Counted from the first letter of the stretch, positions 7,687-18,485 are shown. The stretch: 64,000 nt of DNA from an uncultured Candidatus Saccharibacteria bacterium (GCA_964581035.1 CAZOLO010000001.1:7190-71189), one strand, 5' to 3'. Program-made: numbers and translations. The notes: generated by a model not told the origin, from the sequence alone.

Positions 7687-8321
7687 CTAATTTGAGGTGG
7701 TCTCCAAAATATGTTTTCCAGAACCCCGTGATTAGAACCTTTTTTAAGTTTTTTTGCATATTTTTCTCCTCTTTTTTTACATTTATTTAGGAGTGACTGG
7801 TTTTTCGAAGCTTCAATATCTCCGGTGTATATTGCTCCAAATACTCTTGCCCCAAAATATAGAAAGACTCCTCTGAGCCAAAAAGGAGGAAAGGTGAAAA
7901 AGAGTATTCTCTGAGCCCAGTTTGGTGTCCCTCCTGTGACCAGGAAATATGTGCCTAGGTGAGCAAGATTTCCTTTTGGCTGCCCGAGTCTTGTCTTCGA
8001 TTCCATATTCAGTGCAAAAAATCTCATTCGGTCTATAAAGTTTTTTAAGTGAGCGGGGACAGAGAAGTTGTATGTTGGTGTTGCGATAATTAGTCCTTCG
8101 GCCTCGGTCATAATTTTTCTAGAAAGCTCTCCAAAAGCTTCCTCATTTGGTAGAACGCCCTTGCTGTTTGTGTAATTATAAAGCTCAATATGTATGTCTT
8201 CAAGGTATATTTTCTCAACCTCTATACCATCTACACTTTCAGATCCAGAGATAAAACTATCTAGCATGGTATCCGAATTTCTTCCTCTAGATGGTGAGCA
8301 TGACAGCGCTACTATTTTCAT
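7683..8321 (-). CDS. NADPH-dependent FMN reductase-like flavoprotein
   Basis: Flavodoxin-like fold pattern MKIVALSCSP.RG.NS...LIIATPTYNFSVPAHLKNFIDR. Confidence 0.5.
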   Translation of the reverse strand: MKIVALSCSPSRGRNSDTMLDSFISGSESVDGIEVEKIYLEDIHIELYNYTNSKGVLPNEEAFGELSRKIMTEAEGLIIATPTYNFSVPAHLKNFIDRMRFFALNMESKTRLGQPKGNLAHLGTYFLVTGGTPNWAQRILFFTFPPFWLRGVFLYFGARVFGAIYTGDIEASKNQSLLNKCKKRGEKYAKKLKKGSNHGVLENIFWRPPQIR

Positions 8322-8419
8322 ATTTTTAGTATATCAGAAGGTTTCATTAATTATAATTTTTTAAAATTGTTTTAAACAAAAAACCATATAATTAATGTGG
8401 TTTTTGGTATAATAACCTA

Positions 8420-9547
8420 ATGAGTAATCGATTGGATAAATTTTTCCCAATGCCTGATTTTTTAAGAATGCCAGCTATTGGTTTAGATATTTCTGATCAT
8501 GCTGTCAAATACGTGGTACTAAAAAATACTAACAAGGGTTTGGCTGTGGAGGCTTTTGGACGTAGAGATCTAGAAGAGGGTATTATTAAGCATGGGGTTA
8601 TCCAAGATGAGAAAAAATTAATTGTTATTTTGAATGAGGTTCAGAAAGAGACCGGATTACATTTTGCCAGGGTGGCAATACCAGAGATGTTGGTTTATGG
8701 GTTTAATGTAAATATTCCAAAGGTTAATCATGATCAGATAAAACAGGCAATTGAGTTTCAAATAGAAGATCATGTTCCTATTCAAAAAGAGTCTTTAATT
8801 TTTGACTATGAAATTCTTTCTGAGGGTTCTAGGTCATACTTTATTAAGGTTAATGCAATACTAAAGAAGACATTTGAAAGTTATAACGAGGCTTTGATAA
8901 ATAGTGGCTTGTCTGTTGCTAGTTTTGAGCCAGAGCCAGAGTCAGTTTTTAGAGCCATCAGGTTAAAAGACGGACAGAAAAATGCCATTGTTATAGATCT
9001 GGGGTCTAGAAGAACAAGCTTGTCTATTGTTGGAGGTGAAAAGATTATCTCTTCTTCCACTGTTGATTTCAGCGGGAATCTTTTGGCTAATATTATAGCT
9101 GGAGATGGATCGTCTTTTGAGGAATTTGAAAAAGCAAAAAAAGGAATGATCTTGGGTGATGATGAAAAAAGTGAAAAAATAAAAAAGCAGATAGATATTC
9201 TAAATATAGAAATAAAAAAACATTTTAATTACTGGAAAGAGCATTTAGATATAGAAGATTCTCTGCCTTCTGAAGATACCTCTGTTGAGGTATTTAATGG
9301 AAAAGAGGGGAGTGTTTTAGATATTGAAAAATCAGGAATGATACCCGTTATTTTGAGCGGGGGATCTGCACACTTAAGCGGCCTTCCAGAATATATGAGT
9401 AAAAAGTTAAAAACCAATGTGTCTTTTGCAGATATTTGGACACAAAAATCTGATTCTAAATCTGGAGGAAAAAACATCTTAAAAGATGGCTTGTTAATTT
9501 ACGCTACAGCAATAGGTTTAGCATTATCTGATTTTAATTATGATTAA
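8420..9547 (+). CDS. pilM: type IV pilus assembly protein PilM
   Basis: Actin-like ATPase pattern (GLDISDHAVKYVVL...); first gene of pilMNO-BC synteny. Confidence 0.75.
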   Translation: MSNRLDKFFPMPDFLRMPAIGLDISDHAVKYVVLKNTNKGLAVEAFGRRDLEEGIIKHGVIQDEKKLIVILNEVQKETGLHFARVAIPEMLVYGFNVNIPKVNHDQIKQAIEFQIEDHVPIQKESLIFDYEILSEGSRSYFIKVNAILKKTFESYNEALINSGLSVASFEPEPESVFRAIRLKDGQKNAIVIDLGSRRTSLSIVGGEKIISSSTVDFSGNLLANIIAGDGSSFEEFEKAKKGMILGDDEKSEKIKKQIDILNIEIKKHFNYWKEHLDIEDSLPSEDTSVEVFNGKEGSVLDIEKSGMIPVILSGGSAHLSGLPEYMSKKLKTNVSFADIWTQKSDSKSGGKNILKDGLLIYATAIGLALSDFNYD

Positions 9548-10088
9548 TCTTCAATCGCAACAATCAAAGAAAGAGATAGCTAGGCAATATCATATGCGGG
9601 TTGTTTCTGTTGTATTTTTTCTTATAGCTAGTTTTTTAGTTCTTAGCTTTGCACTACTACTCCCTTCATATTTTATTGCGTTAGAAAAAGAGAATGCTGT
9701 AAAATCTTTTGTTGAAGAGATTCAGAGTGGAGAAGAGTTTCAAAAGAACAAAGAACTCAATACTCTTTTGGGTGATACAAAATTAAGGTTGGATGTATTC
9801 GGTAATTTAGATAAGTCTTTTGTCTCTGAATCTATAATAAAACCACTTCTTGATGAGGTATACATTCAAAACAATAAAATAAAGTTAAACTATATTAAAT
9901 ACTCTTCAGAGTCTAGATCTTTAGGGATAAGAGGTGTGTCTGCATCTAGAGATAGCCTTATTGATTTTGTGGAAACAATCCAAAAAAATGACAGATTTAG
10001 CAACGTAGAGGTTCCAGTTTCAAGTTTTGTGCAAAATACGAATATTATATTTGAAATGACGATGGATATTAACGAAGACTCATTATGA
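9540..10088 (+). CDS. pilN: type IV pilus assembly protein PilN
   Basis: Single N-terminal TM; position after pilM; overlapping start. Confidence 0.55.
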   Translation: MINLQSQQSKKEIARQYHMRVVSVVFFLIASFLVLSFALLLPSYFIALEKENAVKSFVEEIQSGEEFQKNKELNTLLGDTKLRLDVFGNLDKSFVSESIIKPLLDEVYIQNNKIKLNYIKYSSESRSLGIRGVSASRDSLIDFVETIQKNDRFSNVEVPVSSFVQNTNIIFEMTMDINEDSL

Positions 10089-10645
10089 AAAGAGAATTTA
10101 TAAAACCTAAATATAAACCAATAGTAATCTTGATAACCTCATTTTTAATGATAGTGATATTAGTCATAGTTTACTTTGGAGTTTTTGGAAAAATAAAACA
10201 AAAGACAATAGAAAGCAACAAGATTTTGTCTGAAATTCAAAATCAAAATAACTCTTTGGAGAACTTAAGAAAACAAGAGAGGTTGATTTCTGCTATTACA
10301 AATGAAAAAGACAAATTATTCTCTTTGTTCATTGATAAAAATTCGGTAGCCAGACTATTCGAAGAGCTTGAGTCTGTGGCTGAAGAGTCTGGGGTTGATT
10401 ACAGTGTTGTTTCGGCTAGAGAAGGTTTTAAGAATAACTCGGGTTTAACGATACAAGTAGCAGCTAATGGTTCATTTAAGGGTATTTATGAGTTCCTGCT
10501 TGGTTTAGAAGATCTACCTTTTGGGTTGAATTTAAAGAATGTTGTGATAGAAGCTAGATCTGAAGATTTTCAAGGGGAAGCACCAGACTACCCATGGGGC
10601 AGCTTACTTGAATTAGAGATTATTAGTTATTTGCAAGATAAATAG
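10085..10645 (+). CDS. pilO: type IV pilus assembly protein PilO
   Basis: Single TM plus coiled-coil; synteny. Confidence 0.5.
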   Translation: MKREFIKPKYKPIVILITSFLMIVILVIVYFGVFGKIKQKTIESNKILSEIQNQNNSLENLRKQERLISAITNEKDKLFSLFIDKNSVARLFEELESVAEESGVDYSVVSAREGFKNNSGLTIQVAANGSFKGIYEFLLGLEDLPFGLNLKNVVIEARSEDFQGEAPDYPWGSLLELEIISYLQDK

Positions 10646-10649
10646 ATCC

Positions 10650-10961
10650 ATGAATCTTATCAACAAAAAAACAGAAAAAATCAAAGGATTTAAGAACGGG
10701 TCTCTAAGACAGCTATTTTATTGGAGAATAGTCACACTGATTATGTTATTGGGTGTTGTTGGGATCTCTTCTCTAAGCCTTTATGTATTTATTCAGATAG
10801 ACAAAGAAAGTATTTTTACAGGAGAGTCTGATTTATCTACATCTGAGGAATTAAAAATAGACATAGATAGGCTAGAGGAAGTGATTCAGTATTTTAACGG
10901 GAAAGATGAGAGAAGGGGCTCTCACGAAACCCTTCTTTTAGAAATTAAAGATCCGGCATAA
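10650..10961 (+). CDS. small membrane protein in the PilP position
   Basis: 103 aa with one TM; synteny only. Confidence 0.3.
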   Translation: MNLINKKTEKIKGFKNGSLRQLFYWRIVTLIMLLGVVGISSLSLYVFIQIDKESIFTGESDLSTSEELKIDIDRLEEVIQYFNGKDERRGSHETLLLEIKDPA

Positions 10962-10997
10962 TCTAGTTTAATAGAATGATATTATATAAGAATTAGT

Positions 10998-12749
10998 ATG
11001 TATATTAATGATGAACAGTTAACAAAATATTTAATAGATAAAGATCTTATAAAAGAAAAAGATCTATCTTTATCTATTGAAAATGCTGCAAAGCACAATG
11101 TTCCTCTAATAGAGGCCTTTGTTCATGCTGGGATTTTTTCAGAAGAAAAAATCAGAGAAATTGTTGCTGAGATAAAAGGGGTTTCTTTTATTGATTTGTC
11201 TGAGATTAAAATAGAGCAGACGACCCTACAAAGAATACCTGAGTCTATTGCAAAAAAACACAACATAATTGCCTTCAAAGAAGAGGGGGGTGTTCTTAGT
11301 GTTGCGACCCTTGATATAGATAATTTGCCAATCATAGACTCAATTAGAAAATCAACAGGTCTTAAGATAGTTGTTTATGTTACAAACGCTACTTCTATGC
11401 AATCAGCGTTGGTTCAGTATAGAAGAAGTTTGAATATAGAGTTTGACGACATTATTAAAAAACAGGTATCAACCCTTAACTTGAAAGAGGGGGTTGATGA
11501 GAGTGATCTGTCTCCAGCTGAATTAAAAAAGATGGCTGAAGATCTTCCGATTATTAAGATAGTGGACACATTGATCTCACATGCAATCCTGCAGAATGCA
11601 TCAGATGTACACATAGAGCCAGAGGAAAATTCTCTTATTATAAGATTTAGAGTGGATGGAATCTTGCATGACGCCATGTCTCTACCAAAACAGATTACCC
11701 CAGGAGTTATTGTAAGAATAAAAGTTTTGGCTAATTTGAGATTAGATGAGAAGAGGCTTCCACAAGATGGAAGATTTAAAACCGTTTTCAATAGTCAGGA
11801 TGTTTCTTTTCGTGTATCAATACTACCAACATATTTTGGAGAAAAGGTTGTTATTCGTATTTTGAGGGAGAGTGCTCATGGGTTTAGTTTGGAGGCTATT
11901 GGTTTACACGGAGAAGGCCTAGAGCATGTTCATGAGGCAATGAGTCAGAAAACTGGTTTGATATTGGTATCTGGTCCAACTGGATCGGGTAAGACTACGA
12001 CCTTGTACACAATGTTAGACATTTTGAATACTACAGATGTTAATATTTCAACTGTAGAGGATCCAATTGAATATCAAGTTGATAGAATTAATCAAACTCA
12101 AGTTCGTTCAGATATTGGGTTAACATTTGCAGCTGGACTTAGGTCTCTGCTTCGTCAGGACCCAGACATACTTATGGTTGGTGAAATTAGAGATAAAGAG
12201 ACAGTCTCCTTAGCTGTTAATGCTGCTTTGACTGGTCACTTGGTTCTCTCTACCATCCACACAAACTCTGCGGCGGGGGTTATACCTAGGATGATTGACA
12301 TGGGAATTGAAACATTTCTGATCACATCAACTATTAAGACAATATCTGCTCAAAGGCTAGTTAGGGTACTTTGTGATTCAAAAGAAAAATATCACCTTTC
12401 GGATGAGGAAAAATCTAAACTTGAAAAGGTTGTTGATCTAGATAAAGTTTTGTCCTTTTTGAAAAAAGAAAAAATAGTAAAAGCTAAAGATACATGGAAG
12501 ACAATATATTTTTACAAAGCAGTTTCAACACCGGAGTGTGAAAGTGGGTATTCTGGTCGTATTGGTATTCATGAGGTCTTGCACTTAGATGAACCTATTA
12601 AAAAGCTGATCACTAGTGGAGCCACAGAGTCTGACATAGAAGAGATGGCTGTAAAGGGTGGTATGCTTACTATGATAGAAGACGGTATATTTAAAGCTGT
12701 CCAAGGAATGACTACAACAGAGGAGGTTTTAAGAGTTGTTTCAGATTAA
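10998..12749 (+). CDS. pilB: type IV pilus assembly ATPase PilB (GspE family)
   Basis: Walker A VSGPTGSGKTTTLYTML, Asp and His boxes, N-terminal GspII-like domain. Confidence 0.85.
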   Translation: MYINDEQLTKYLIDKDLIKEKDLSLSIENAAKHNVPLIEAFVHAGIFSEEKIREIVAEIKGVSFIDLSEIKIEQTTLQRIPESIAKKHNIIAFKEEGGVLSVATLDIDNLPIIDSIRKSTGLKIVVYVTNATSMQSALVQYRRSLNIEFDDIIKKQVSTLNLKEGVDESDLSPAELKKMAEDLPIIKIVDTLISHAILQNASDVHIEPEENSLIIRFRVDGILHDAMSLPKQITPGVIVRIKVLANLRLDEKRLPQDGRFKTVFNSQDVSFRVSILPTYFGEKVVIRILRESAHGFSLEAIGLHGEGLEHVHEAMSQKTGLILVSGPTGSGKTTTLYTMLDILNTTDVNISTVEDPIEYQVDRINQTQVRSDIGLTFAAGLRSLLRQDPDILMVGEIRDKETVSLAVNAALTGHLVLSTIHTNSAAGVIPRMIDMGIETFLITSTIKTISAQRLVRVLCDSKEKYHLSDEEKSKLEKVVDLDKVLSFLKKEKIVKAKDTWKTIYFYKAVSTPECESGYSGRIGIHEVLHLDEPIKKLITSGATESDIEEMAVKGGMLTMIEDGIFKAVQGMTTTEEVLRVVSD

Positions 12750-12752
12750 AAT

Positions 12753-13973
12753 ATGAAATTTCATTACAAAGCACAATCAAAAATAGGTGTCGTAATAGAG
12801 GACACTATCGAAGCTGAAAGCAAAGAAGCTGTCATAGCAAAGATTCGTGAAAACGGAGCAACTCCTGTGTTTGTTGAAGAAAAAGGGAATAAATCTCTTA
12901 ATATATCTATACCATTTATTGATAATTTGATAGGTGGTATAAATCTGCAAGATAAAGTTATTTTTGCCAAAAATCTTGCAAGAATGCTTAATGCGGGCCT
13001 ATCAACCTCAAGAGCTTTAAGAGTTCTTAAGAAGCAAACTACAAAAGAGTCTTTTAGGGTTGTCCTTGATCATCTGATCGCTGACATAAATAATGGAGAA
13101 TCATTAAGTGATGGTCTAGCTAAGTACCCAAAAGTATTCTCTCCTATGTTTATAGCGATGGTCCATGCTGGAGAAGAGTCAGGTAATATTGTGGGTAATC
13201 TACTAGAGATATCAGCCCAACTAGACAAAACATCAAAGCTTAGAAAAAAAATTAAAGGGGCAATGATTTATCCTGGAGTTATTCTAAGTGCTATGGTGAT
13301 AATAGGTGTATTGATGTTTATCTTTGTTGTTCCAACACTTCTTGCAACTTTTAAAAGTCTAGACATGGAGCTTCCAGCGAGCACTCAACTGATTATATTC
13401 CTTAGTGACAGTATTCAGGCACACACATTTCTTTTCTTAGTTTCAATAGTTGGTTTTTTTGCGGGCCTTATTACAATATTCCGATTGAAATCAATGGAAA
13501 AATACATTGATTTCATAGTTTTAAAAATACCCGTAACTGGAACTATAGCTATAGAAATGAATACTGCGATAGCAACAAGAACCCTTTCTTCTTTACTAGA
13601 ATCTGGTCTTTCTATAAGTCGAGCTCTTACTATCACAAAAGAAGTTCTTCAAAATACTCATTATAAAAAATCTTTAGAAGAAGGTATAAAAAGCATTGAA
13701 AAAGGAGGTCAACTATCCAAAATTTTCGAAGAAAGAAAAGATCTGTATCCCGTCATGATGGGTGAGATGGTCGAAGTTGGAGAAGAGACCGGTAAGCTGG
13801 TAGATATGCTAAAAGATGTTGCTGATTTTTATGAGTATGAAGTGGATAGTAAGACAAAAAATCTGTCGACAATTATAGAACCAGTTCTGATGCTTCTAAT
13901 TGGCTCTGCGGTAGGGTTCTTTGCCGTTTCGATAATGTCACCTATGTATTCTGTTCTTGAGGGTATTTCTTAA
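12753..13973 (+). CDS. pilC: type IV pilus platform protein PilC (GspF family)
   Basis: Two T2SS-F repeats, polytopic, follows pilB. Confidence 0.8.
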   Translation: MKFHYKAQSKIGVVIEDTIEAESKEAVIAKIRENGATPVFVEEKGNKSLNISIPFIDNLIGGINLQDKVIFAKNLARMLNAGLSTSRALRVLKKQTTKESFRVVLDHLIADINNGESLSDGLAKYPKVFSPMFIAMVHAGEESGNIVGNLLEISAQLDKTSKLRKKIKGAMIYPGVILSAMVIIGVLMFIFVVPTLLATFKSLDMELPASTQLIIFLSDSIQAHTFLFLVSIVGFFAGLITIFRLKSMEKYIDFIVLKIPVTGTIAIEMNTAIATRTLSSLLESGLSISRALTITKEVLQNTHYKKSLEEGIKSIEKGGQLSKIFEERKDLYPVMMGEMVEVGEETGKLVDMLKDVADFYEYEVDSKTKNLSTIIEPVLMLLIGSAVGFFAVSIMSPMYSVLEGIS

Positions 13974-13982
13974 TTTATAATT

Positions 13983-15776
13983 ATGTTTTTTATATCACAT
14001 GGCGAGATAAATAAATTCAAGGCTGGATTTAGCCTTATGGAGATGGTGGTGGCTATAGCCATTTTTTCTGTTCTTTCTATTTCTATATATCAAGGATATG
14101 CTCAAATATTTAAAACAACAAATTTTCTTAAAACAAAAACAGTTGCTACAAATCTAGCTAATGAACAAATAGAAATAATAAGAAACCTCCCTTATGACAA
14201 TGTAGGTACAATCGGAGGTATACCTTCTGGTGTTGTAGACCCTTCTCAGGAGATTACTAGGGAAGGTATAGATTTTGTCGTATTAACCACTATTAGAAAT
14301 ATCGATCTTCCATTTGATGGGACACTAGGTGGATCCCCAGATGATCTTTCTCCTGCGGATAATAAGCTTGTTGAAATAGAAATTCAATGCGCTTTGTGTC
14401 AGAATTTTTCGAACTTAGTATTTAACACAAATGTTGCTCCTCAAAGCTTAGAGAGTCTTTCTACAAATGGGGCATTGAGAATAAATGTTTTTGATGCAAA
14501 TGGAGAAGATATCTCTGGGGCTAATGTCTCAATTGTTAATAGTGGTATTTCTCCTAATATAGACATAGACGATGTTACTGGTAACAATGGAATACTTACC
14601 ATTGTGGACGCACCTCCATCCTTTGAATCTTATGAGCTACTAGTTACAAAAGGAGGCTATTCAATGGATCAAACTTATATCTCAGACATTAGTAACCCAA
14701 ACCCCATTAAACCTCATGTAACAGTGAGCCAGGGCCAGATTACTGATGTTAGTTTTATTATAGATGAAACAAGTACGATGAATATCTCTAGTGTTACTGA
14801 TACTTGCCAAGCAGTTTCGGCTTTTGATTTTGATCTTGTGAGTAGTAAGTTAATTGGAACAAACCCTGATGTTCTGAAATATGACAGTAATCATTCTACA
14901 AATGGAAGTGGTCTTCTTTCATTGAGTGATATGGAGTGGGGAACATACACCGTAAATACAACAGATTCAAGCTATGACGTTGCTGGGTTCAATCCCTTTA
15001 ATCCACTAACTATAACTCCGGGAGTAGATCAAGATTTAAAGATTACTTTATTCCCGAAAGATTCCCCTACAACTTTGTTTACCATAAAGGCGCAAGGTAC
15101 AGGAGATCCAATTTCTAATGCTGTGGTTAGTCTACAAAAAACAGGGTTTAATAAAACATTTCTTTCTGGTCAATCAGCAAAAACACAAACTGATTGGTCG
15201 GGTGGTCAAGGTCAAGTAAACTACTCAGATCCAACTGTGTATTCATCAGATGATGGAGGCATTAATGTTAACAATCCTATTGGTTCGATTCTTCTTTTTG
15301 AAGACATAGATGGATATGTCTCATCAGGAGAGTTGATTTCATCTACTTTTGATCTAGGTCCAGGAGTTACTTATCATGATTTGTCTTGGTCTGGGGACAT
15401 ACCAATTTCAACAGACATTCAAGTTCAGATAGCTACAACAAGCTCTGGTACCCCTACAGATTTCATTGGTCCAGATGGAACATCAAGTACATTTTTCACG
15501 TCAATTCCAACAGATATTCCAGCTATTTCAGATGGAGATAGATACTTTAGATATAAAGTATCTTTATCAACTTCAAATCCTTTGTTCACACCAACCTTTG
15601 ATAATTTAGAATTTAATTTTTCTGGTAACTGTGTTGCTCCGGGTCAAATCGCTTTTCAAGGATTATCTAATGGAACATATACTTTAACGGTAAACGCTGA
15701 TGGTTATCAAGAATTTAGTCAGGATATTGATTTAAATAATGCTTGGCAGGAGGTGTTAGTAGAGATGGATGAATAA
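13983..15776 (+). CDS. large prepilin-type protein (597 aa) with class III signal peptide
   Basis: KAG|FSLMEMVVAIAIFSVL prepilin cleavage/methylation motif; long Ser/Thr-rich C-terminal region. Confidence 0.65.
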   Translation: MFFISHGEINKFKAGFSLMEMVVAIAIFSVLSISIYQGYAQIFKTTNFLKTKTVATNLANEQIEIIRNLPYDNVGTIGGIPSGVVDPSQEITREGIDFVVLTTIRNIDLPFDGTLGGSPDDLSPADNKLVEIEIQCALCQNFSNLVFNTNVAPQSLESLSTNGALRINVFDANGEDISGANVSIVNSGISPNIDIDDVTGNNGILTIVDAPPSFESYELLVTKGGYSMDQTYISDISNPNPIKPHVTVSQGQITDVSFIIDETSTMNISSVTDTCQAVSAFDFDLVSSKLIGTNPDVLKYDSNHSTNGSGLLSLSDMEWGTYTVNTTDSSYDVAGFNPFNPLTITPGVDQDLKITLFPKDSPTTLFTIKAQGTGDPISNAVVSLQKTGFNKTFLSGQSAKTQTDWSGGQGQVNYSDPTVYSSDDGGINVNNPIGSILLFEDIDGYVSSGELISSTFDLGPGVTYHDLSWSGDIPISTDIQVQIATTSSGTPTDFIGPDGTSSTFFTSIPTDIPAISDGDRYFRYKVSLSTSNPLFTPTFDNLEFNFSGNCVAPGQIAFQGLSNGTYTLTVNADGYQEFSQDIDLNNAWQEVLVEMDE

Positions 15777-15778
15777 CT

Positions 15779-16393
15779 ATGTTTAATAATACTAAAAATA
15801 CAAAAGGGTTTACCTTAACAGAGATACTTGTTACTTTGGGTATTTTTAGCGTATTAGCTGTTGGCGCAACAAGTCTTCTTCGTGACTCATTTATTTTTAA
15901 GGGAATAGCTCAAACTGGATTAAATTCTATAGATGAGGGTAGAAAGATACTTAGGCCACTTGTTGGTGAAGTAAGAAGCGCTTCTCAGTCTCACAATGGA
16001 GCATATGTTATAGAAAATGCATCAGCTGAAACTTTTATATTTTATAGCGACATAGATAATGATGATTTGATTGAAAGAGTTAGATATTTCTTAGATGAAG
16101 ACACCCTTAAAAAAGGGGTAACAGAACCAAGTGGCAGCCCTCTATCTTATGATTTAAATAACGAAGAGATATCTTGGGTTATTCAAGATGTTGCAAATGG
16201 CGCTAGCCCAGTCTTTGAATATTTTGACACCAATTATGACGGAACTACAGACCCACTGGTTCAGCCTGTTTCTTCTGGAGATGTTCGATTGGTAAAGATA
16301 ACTATTATTATTGACCATGATCCAAACAGGCCGCCAGAAGCTGTAGAGCTTTCTACTCAGATGACCATTCGTAATCTAAAAGATAACTTATGA
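15779..16393 (+). CDS. prepilin-type minor pilin
   Basis: KG|FTLTEILVTLGIFSVLAV motif. Confidence 0.65.
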   Translation: MFNNTKNTKGFTLTEILVTLGIFSVLAVGATSLLRDSFIFKGIAQTGLNSIDEGRKILRPLVGEVRSASQSHNGAYVIENASAETFIFYSDIDNDDLIERVRYFLDEDTLKKGVTEPSGSPLSYDLNNEEISWVIQDVANGASPVFEYFDTNYDGTTDPLVQPVSSGDVRLVKITIIIDHDPNRPPEAVELSTQMTIRNLKDNL

Positions 16394-17826
16394 TTAGATC
16401 TAATAAAAAAGGTTATATAATTTTAACTCTTGTGCTTTTGATAAGCGTATTTGTTCCTCTTATGATTGTTTTTGTAAACTGGTCTGTTACAAGTCTTCAT
16501 GTGGTAGAAAGAAATTTACAAAGGGAGATATCCTTTCACATAGCTGAGGCTGGAATTGACTATTATAGGTGGCACCTGGCTCATGATCCAGAGGATTTTC
16601 AGGATGGCACAGGTGTTGCAGGCCCATATGTTCATGATTTTTCTGATAAGAACGGAACAATTATTGGAAGTTTTTCGCTAGATATTACACCTCCAGAAAT
16701 TGGCTCAACTCTTGTGGCGATTGAATCAACTGGTTCAACTCTGGCTCAGCCAAACATAACAAGGTCTATACGAGCGCAGCTGGCTGTTCCGTCACTGGCT
16801 ACTTTTGCTGTAGCAGCGAACAGCGCAATGAGATTTGGCGAGGGAACAGAGGTTTATGGTCCTATACATTCAAATGGTGGTATTCGTTTTGACGGCCTGG
16901 CTCACAATATTGTTACCAGTGCTAAAGAGACTTATACAGATACAGATGGTGACGCTTGTACAGGTAACTCCTGGGGAGTTCACACCTGTCTTTCTCCTGA
17001 TGATCCTTCTCCAACACTTGAGCCATCAGCTAGACCAGATGTTTTTGAGGCTGGAAGAGAGTATCCTGTACCTCAAGTTGATTTTACCGGTCTAACAAAC
17101 GACCTTTCTAATATTAAAAGTGAGGCTCAAGCAAGCGGTGAGTATTTTGGAGATTCCGGCAAGTCTGGATATAGAATTCTTTTGAAGACAGATGACACAT
17201 TTGATATATATAAAGTTAACAGCCTGGTTTCTGCACCTAGTGGGTGTTACTCTTCACAGGCTGACTGGGGGACATGGAGTGTAAACTCAGAAACATTTTT
17301 AGGTAATTATTCAAATCCGAGCAATGGATTAATTTTTGTTGAAGACGATCTCTGGGTTGAAGGTCAGATAGATGGGGCAAAACTTACAATTGCAGCTGGA
17401 GCTTTTCCTGACAATGCAAATACCAGAAAAAGCATAACGGTCAACAACGATCTTTTGTATACAAACTACGATGGTCAAGACGTTCTAGCTCTTATTTCTC
17501 AAAAGAATATAAATGCTGGATTGGTAAGTGCTGACACATATAGAATAGATGCAGCCTTGATTGCTCAAAACGGTAGGGTTGGTAGATTCTATTACGCACC
17601 ACCATCTGGATGGTCAAACAGATGTTCGCCTTACCATTCTAGAGATGAGATAACTCTATACGGTATGCTGGCTACAAATAATAGGTATGGTTTTGCTTAT
17701 ACAAACAATACTGGATATGTTCTTAGAAATATTATTTATGATGGGAACCTTCTTTATGGCCCACCACCAAACTTTCCTCTAACTTCAGACTCGTATCAGA
17801 TTCTTTCTTGGGAAGAGATAGAATAA
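16390..17826 (+). CDS. pilus-associated protein (PilX-like N-terminal anchor)
   Basis: N-terminal hydrophobic anchor after a basic stretch; overlapping start with the upstream pilin gene. Confidence 0.4.
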   Translation: MIRSNKKGYIILTLVLLISVFVPLMIVFVNWSVTSLHVVERNLQREISFHIAEAGIDYYRWHLAHDPEDFQDGTGVAGPYVHDFSDKNGTIIGSFSLDITPPEIGSTLVAIESTGSTLAQPNITRSIRAQLAVPSLATFAVAANSAMRFGEGTEVYGPIHSNGGIRFDGLAHNIVTSAKETYTDTDGDACTGNSWGVHTCLSPDDPSPTLEPSARPDVFEAGREYPVPQVDFTGLTNDLSNIKSEAQASGEYFGDSGKSGYRILLKTDDTFDIYKVNSLVSAPSGCYSSQADWGTWSVNSETFLGNYSNPSNGLIFVEDDLWVEGQIDGAKLTIAAGAFPDNANTRKSITVNNDLLYTNYDGQDVLALISQKNINAGLVSADTYRIDAALIAQNGRVGRFYYAPPSGWSNRCSPYHSRDEITLYGMLATNNRYGFAYTNNTGYVLRNIIYDGNLLYGPPPNFPLTSDSYQILSWEEIE

Positions 17827-17887
17827 GATCATAAAGCCTAATAAAATAAGGGCCAAATCGGCTCTTATTTGTTTATGTTGATGATGC

Positions 17888-17916
17888 TTGACAAATATGT
17901 TTGACTATGATATAGT
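17888..17916 (+). promoter_or_regulatory. sigma70-like promoter TTGACA-N17-TATAGT
   Basis: Hexamers read directly; 25 nt upstream of the ORF at 17942. Confidence 0.45.
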
Positions 17917-17941
17917 ATAATAAATCTTAAAAATTATAGCC

Positions 17942-18463
17942 ATGAGCGTTAGAAAAAACAAAGTAAGCAGACCTCAGAAAGTTGCATCTTCCAAGAAGGG
18001 TTTGAATCAATACAAAATTACCAAGAGTAAATTTGTAGGGGATGTAAAAACAAGAAAAGGCCTTATTGAGGTTGAGGTGGAGCACATTCTTATGATGCCG
18101 CCTCCCTTGTCTAAAAAGAATAAGGATGGAAAAATTGTTAAGCCTTATCTTGAGCATCACATGGAGTTAATTCGTGGATCAAAAGACTCTCCAAGCAATC
18201 TTGAGGAATACAATATTCTTCTTGAAGCAGAAGAGGCTGATGGAAAAGAAATGGCTTCTGCTTTTTCTAATTTGAAATCTGGAGAAGCTTTTCGTAAGTC
18301 AAGCTCTATGAGTATGCTGAATGATGAAGAAAGCCATTACGATGACTCTGATGAATCACTTGCCGCCAACGGCCTTGCTGTTGTAGGAAGTCCAAACTTC
18401 AGAAGGCTTAAGAACTTTGAACCTTCAAACCAGCTCATTGCTGGCAACAATTCTGTAGTCTAA
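17942..18463 (+). CDS. hypothetical protein
   Basis: 173-aa ORF, basic N-terminus, acidic C-terminus. Confidence 0.4.
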   Translation: MSVRKNKVSRPQKVASSKKGLNQYKITKSKFVGDVKTRKGLIEVEVEHILMMPPPLSKKNKDGKIVKPYLEHHMELIRGSKDSPSNLEEYNILLEAEEADGKEMASAFSNLKSGEAFRKSSSMSMLNDEESHYDDSDESLAANGLAVVGSPNFRRLKNFEPSNQLIAGNNSVV

Positions 18464-18485
18464 GGCGCAGTTCTTTTTTTGAAAA

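Noticed and set aside
11414-11791. Minus-strand ORFs (125 aa, 70 aa) inside pilB
   Set aside because: Antisense to a gene with unambiguous Walker/GspE motifs; no independent signals.
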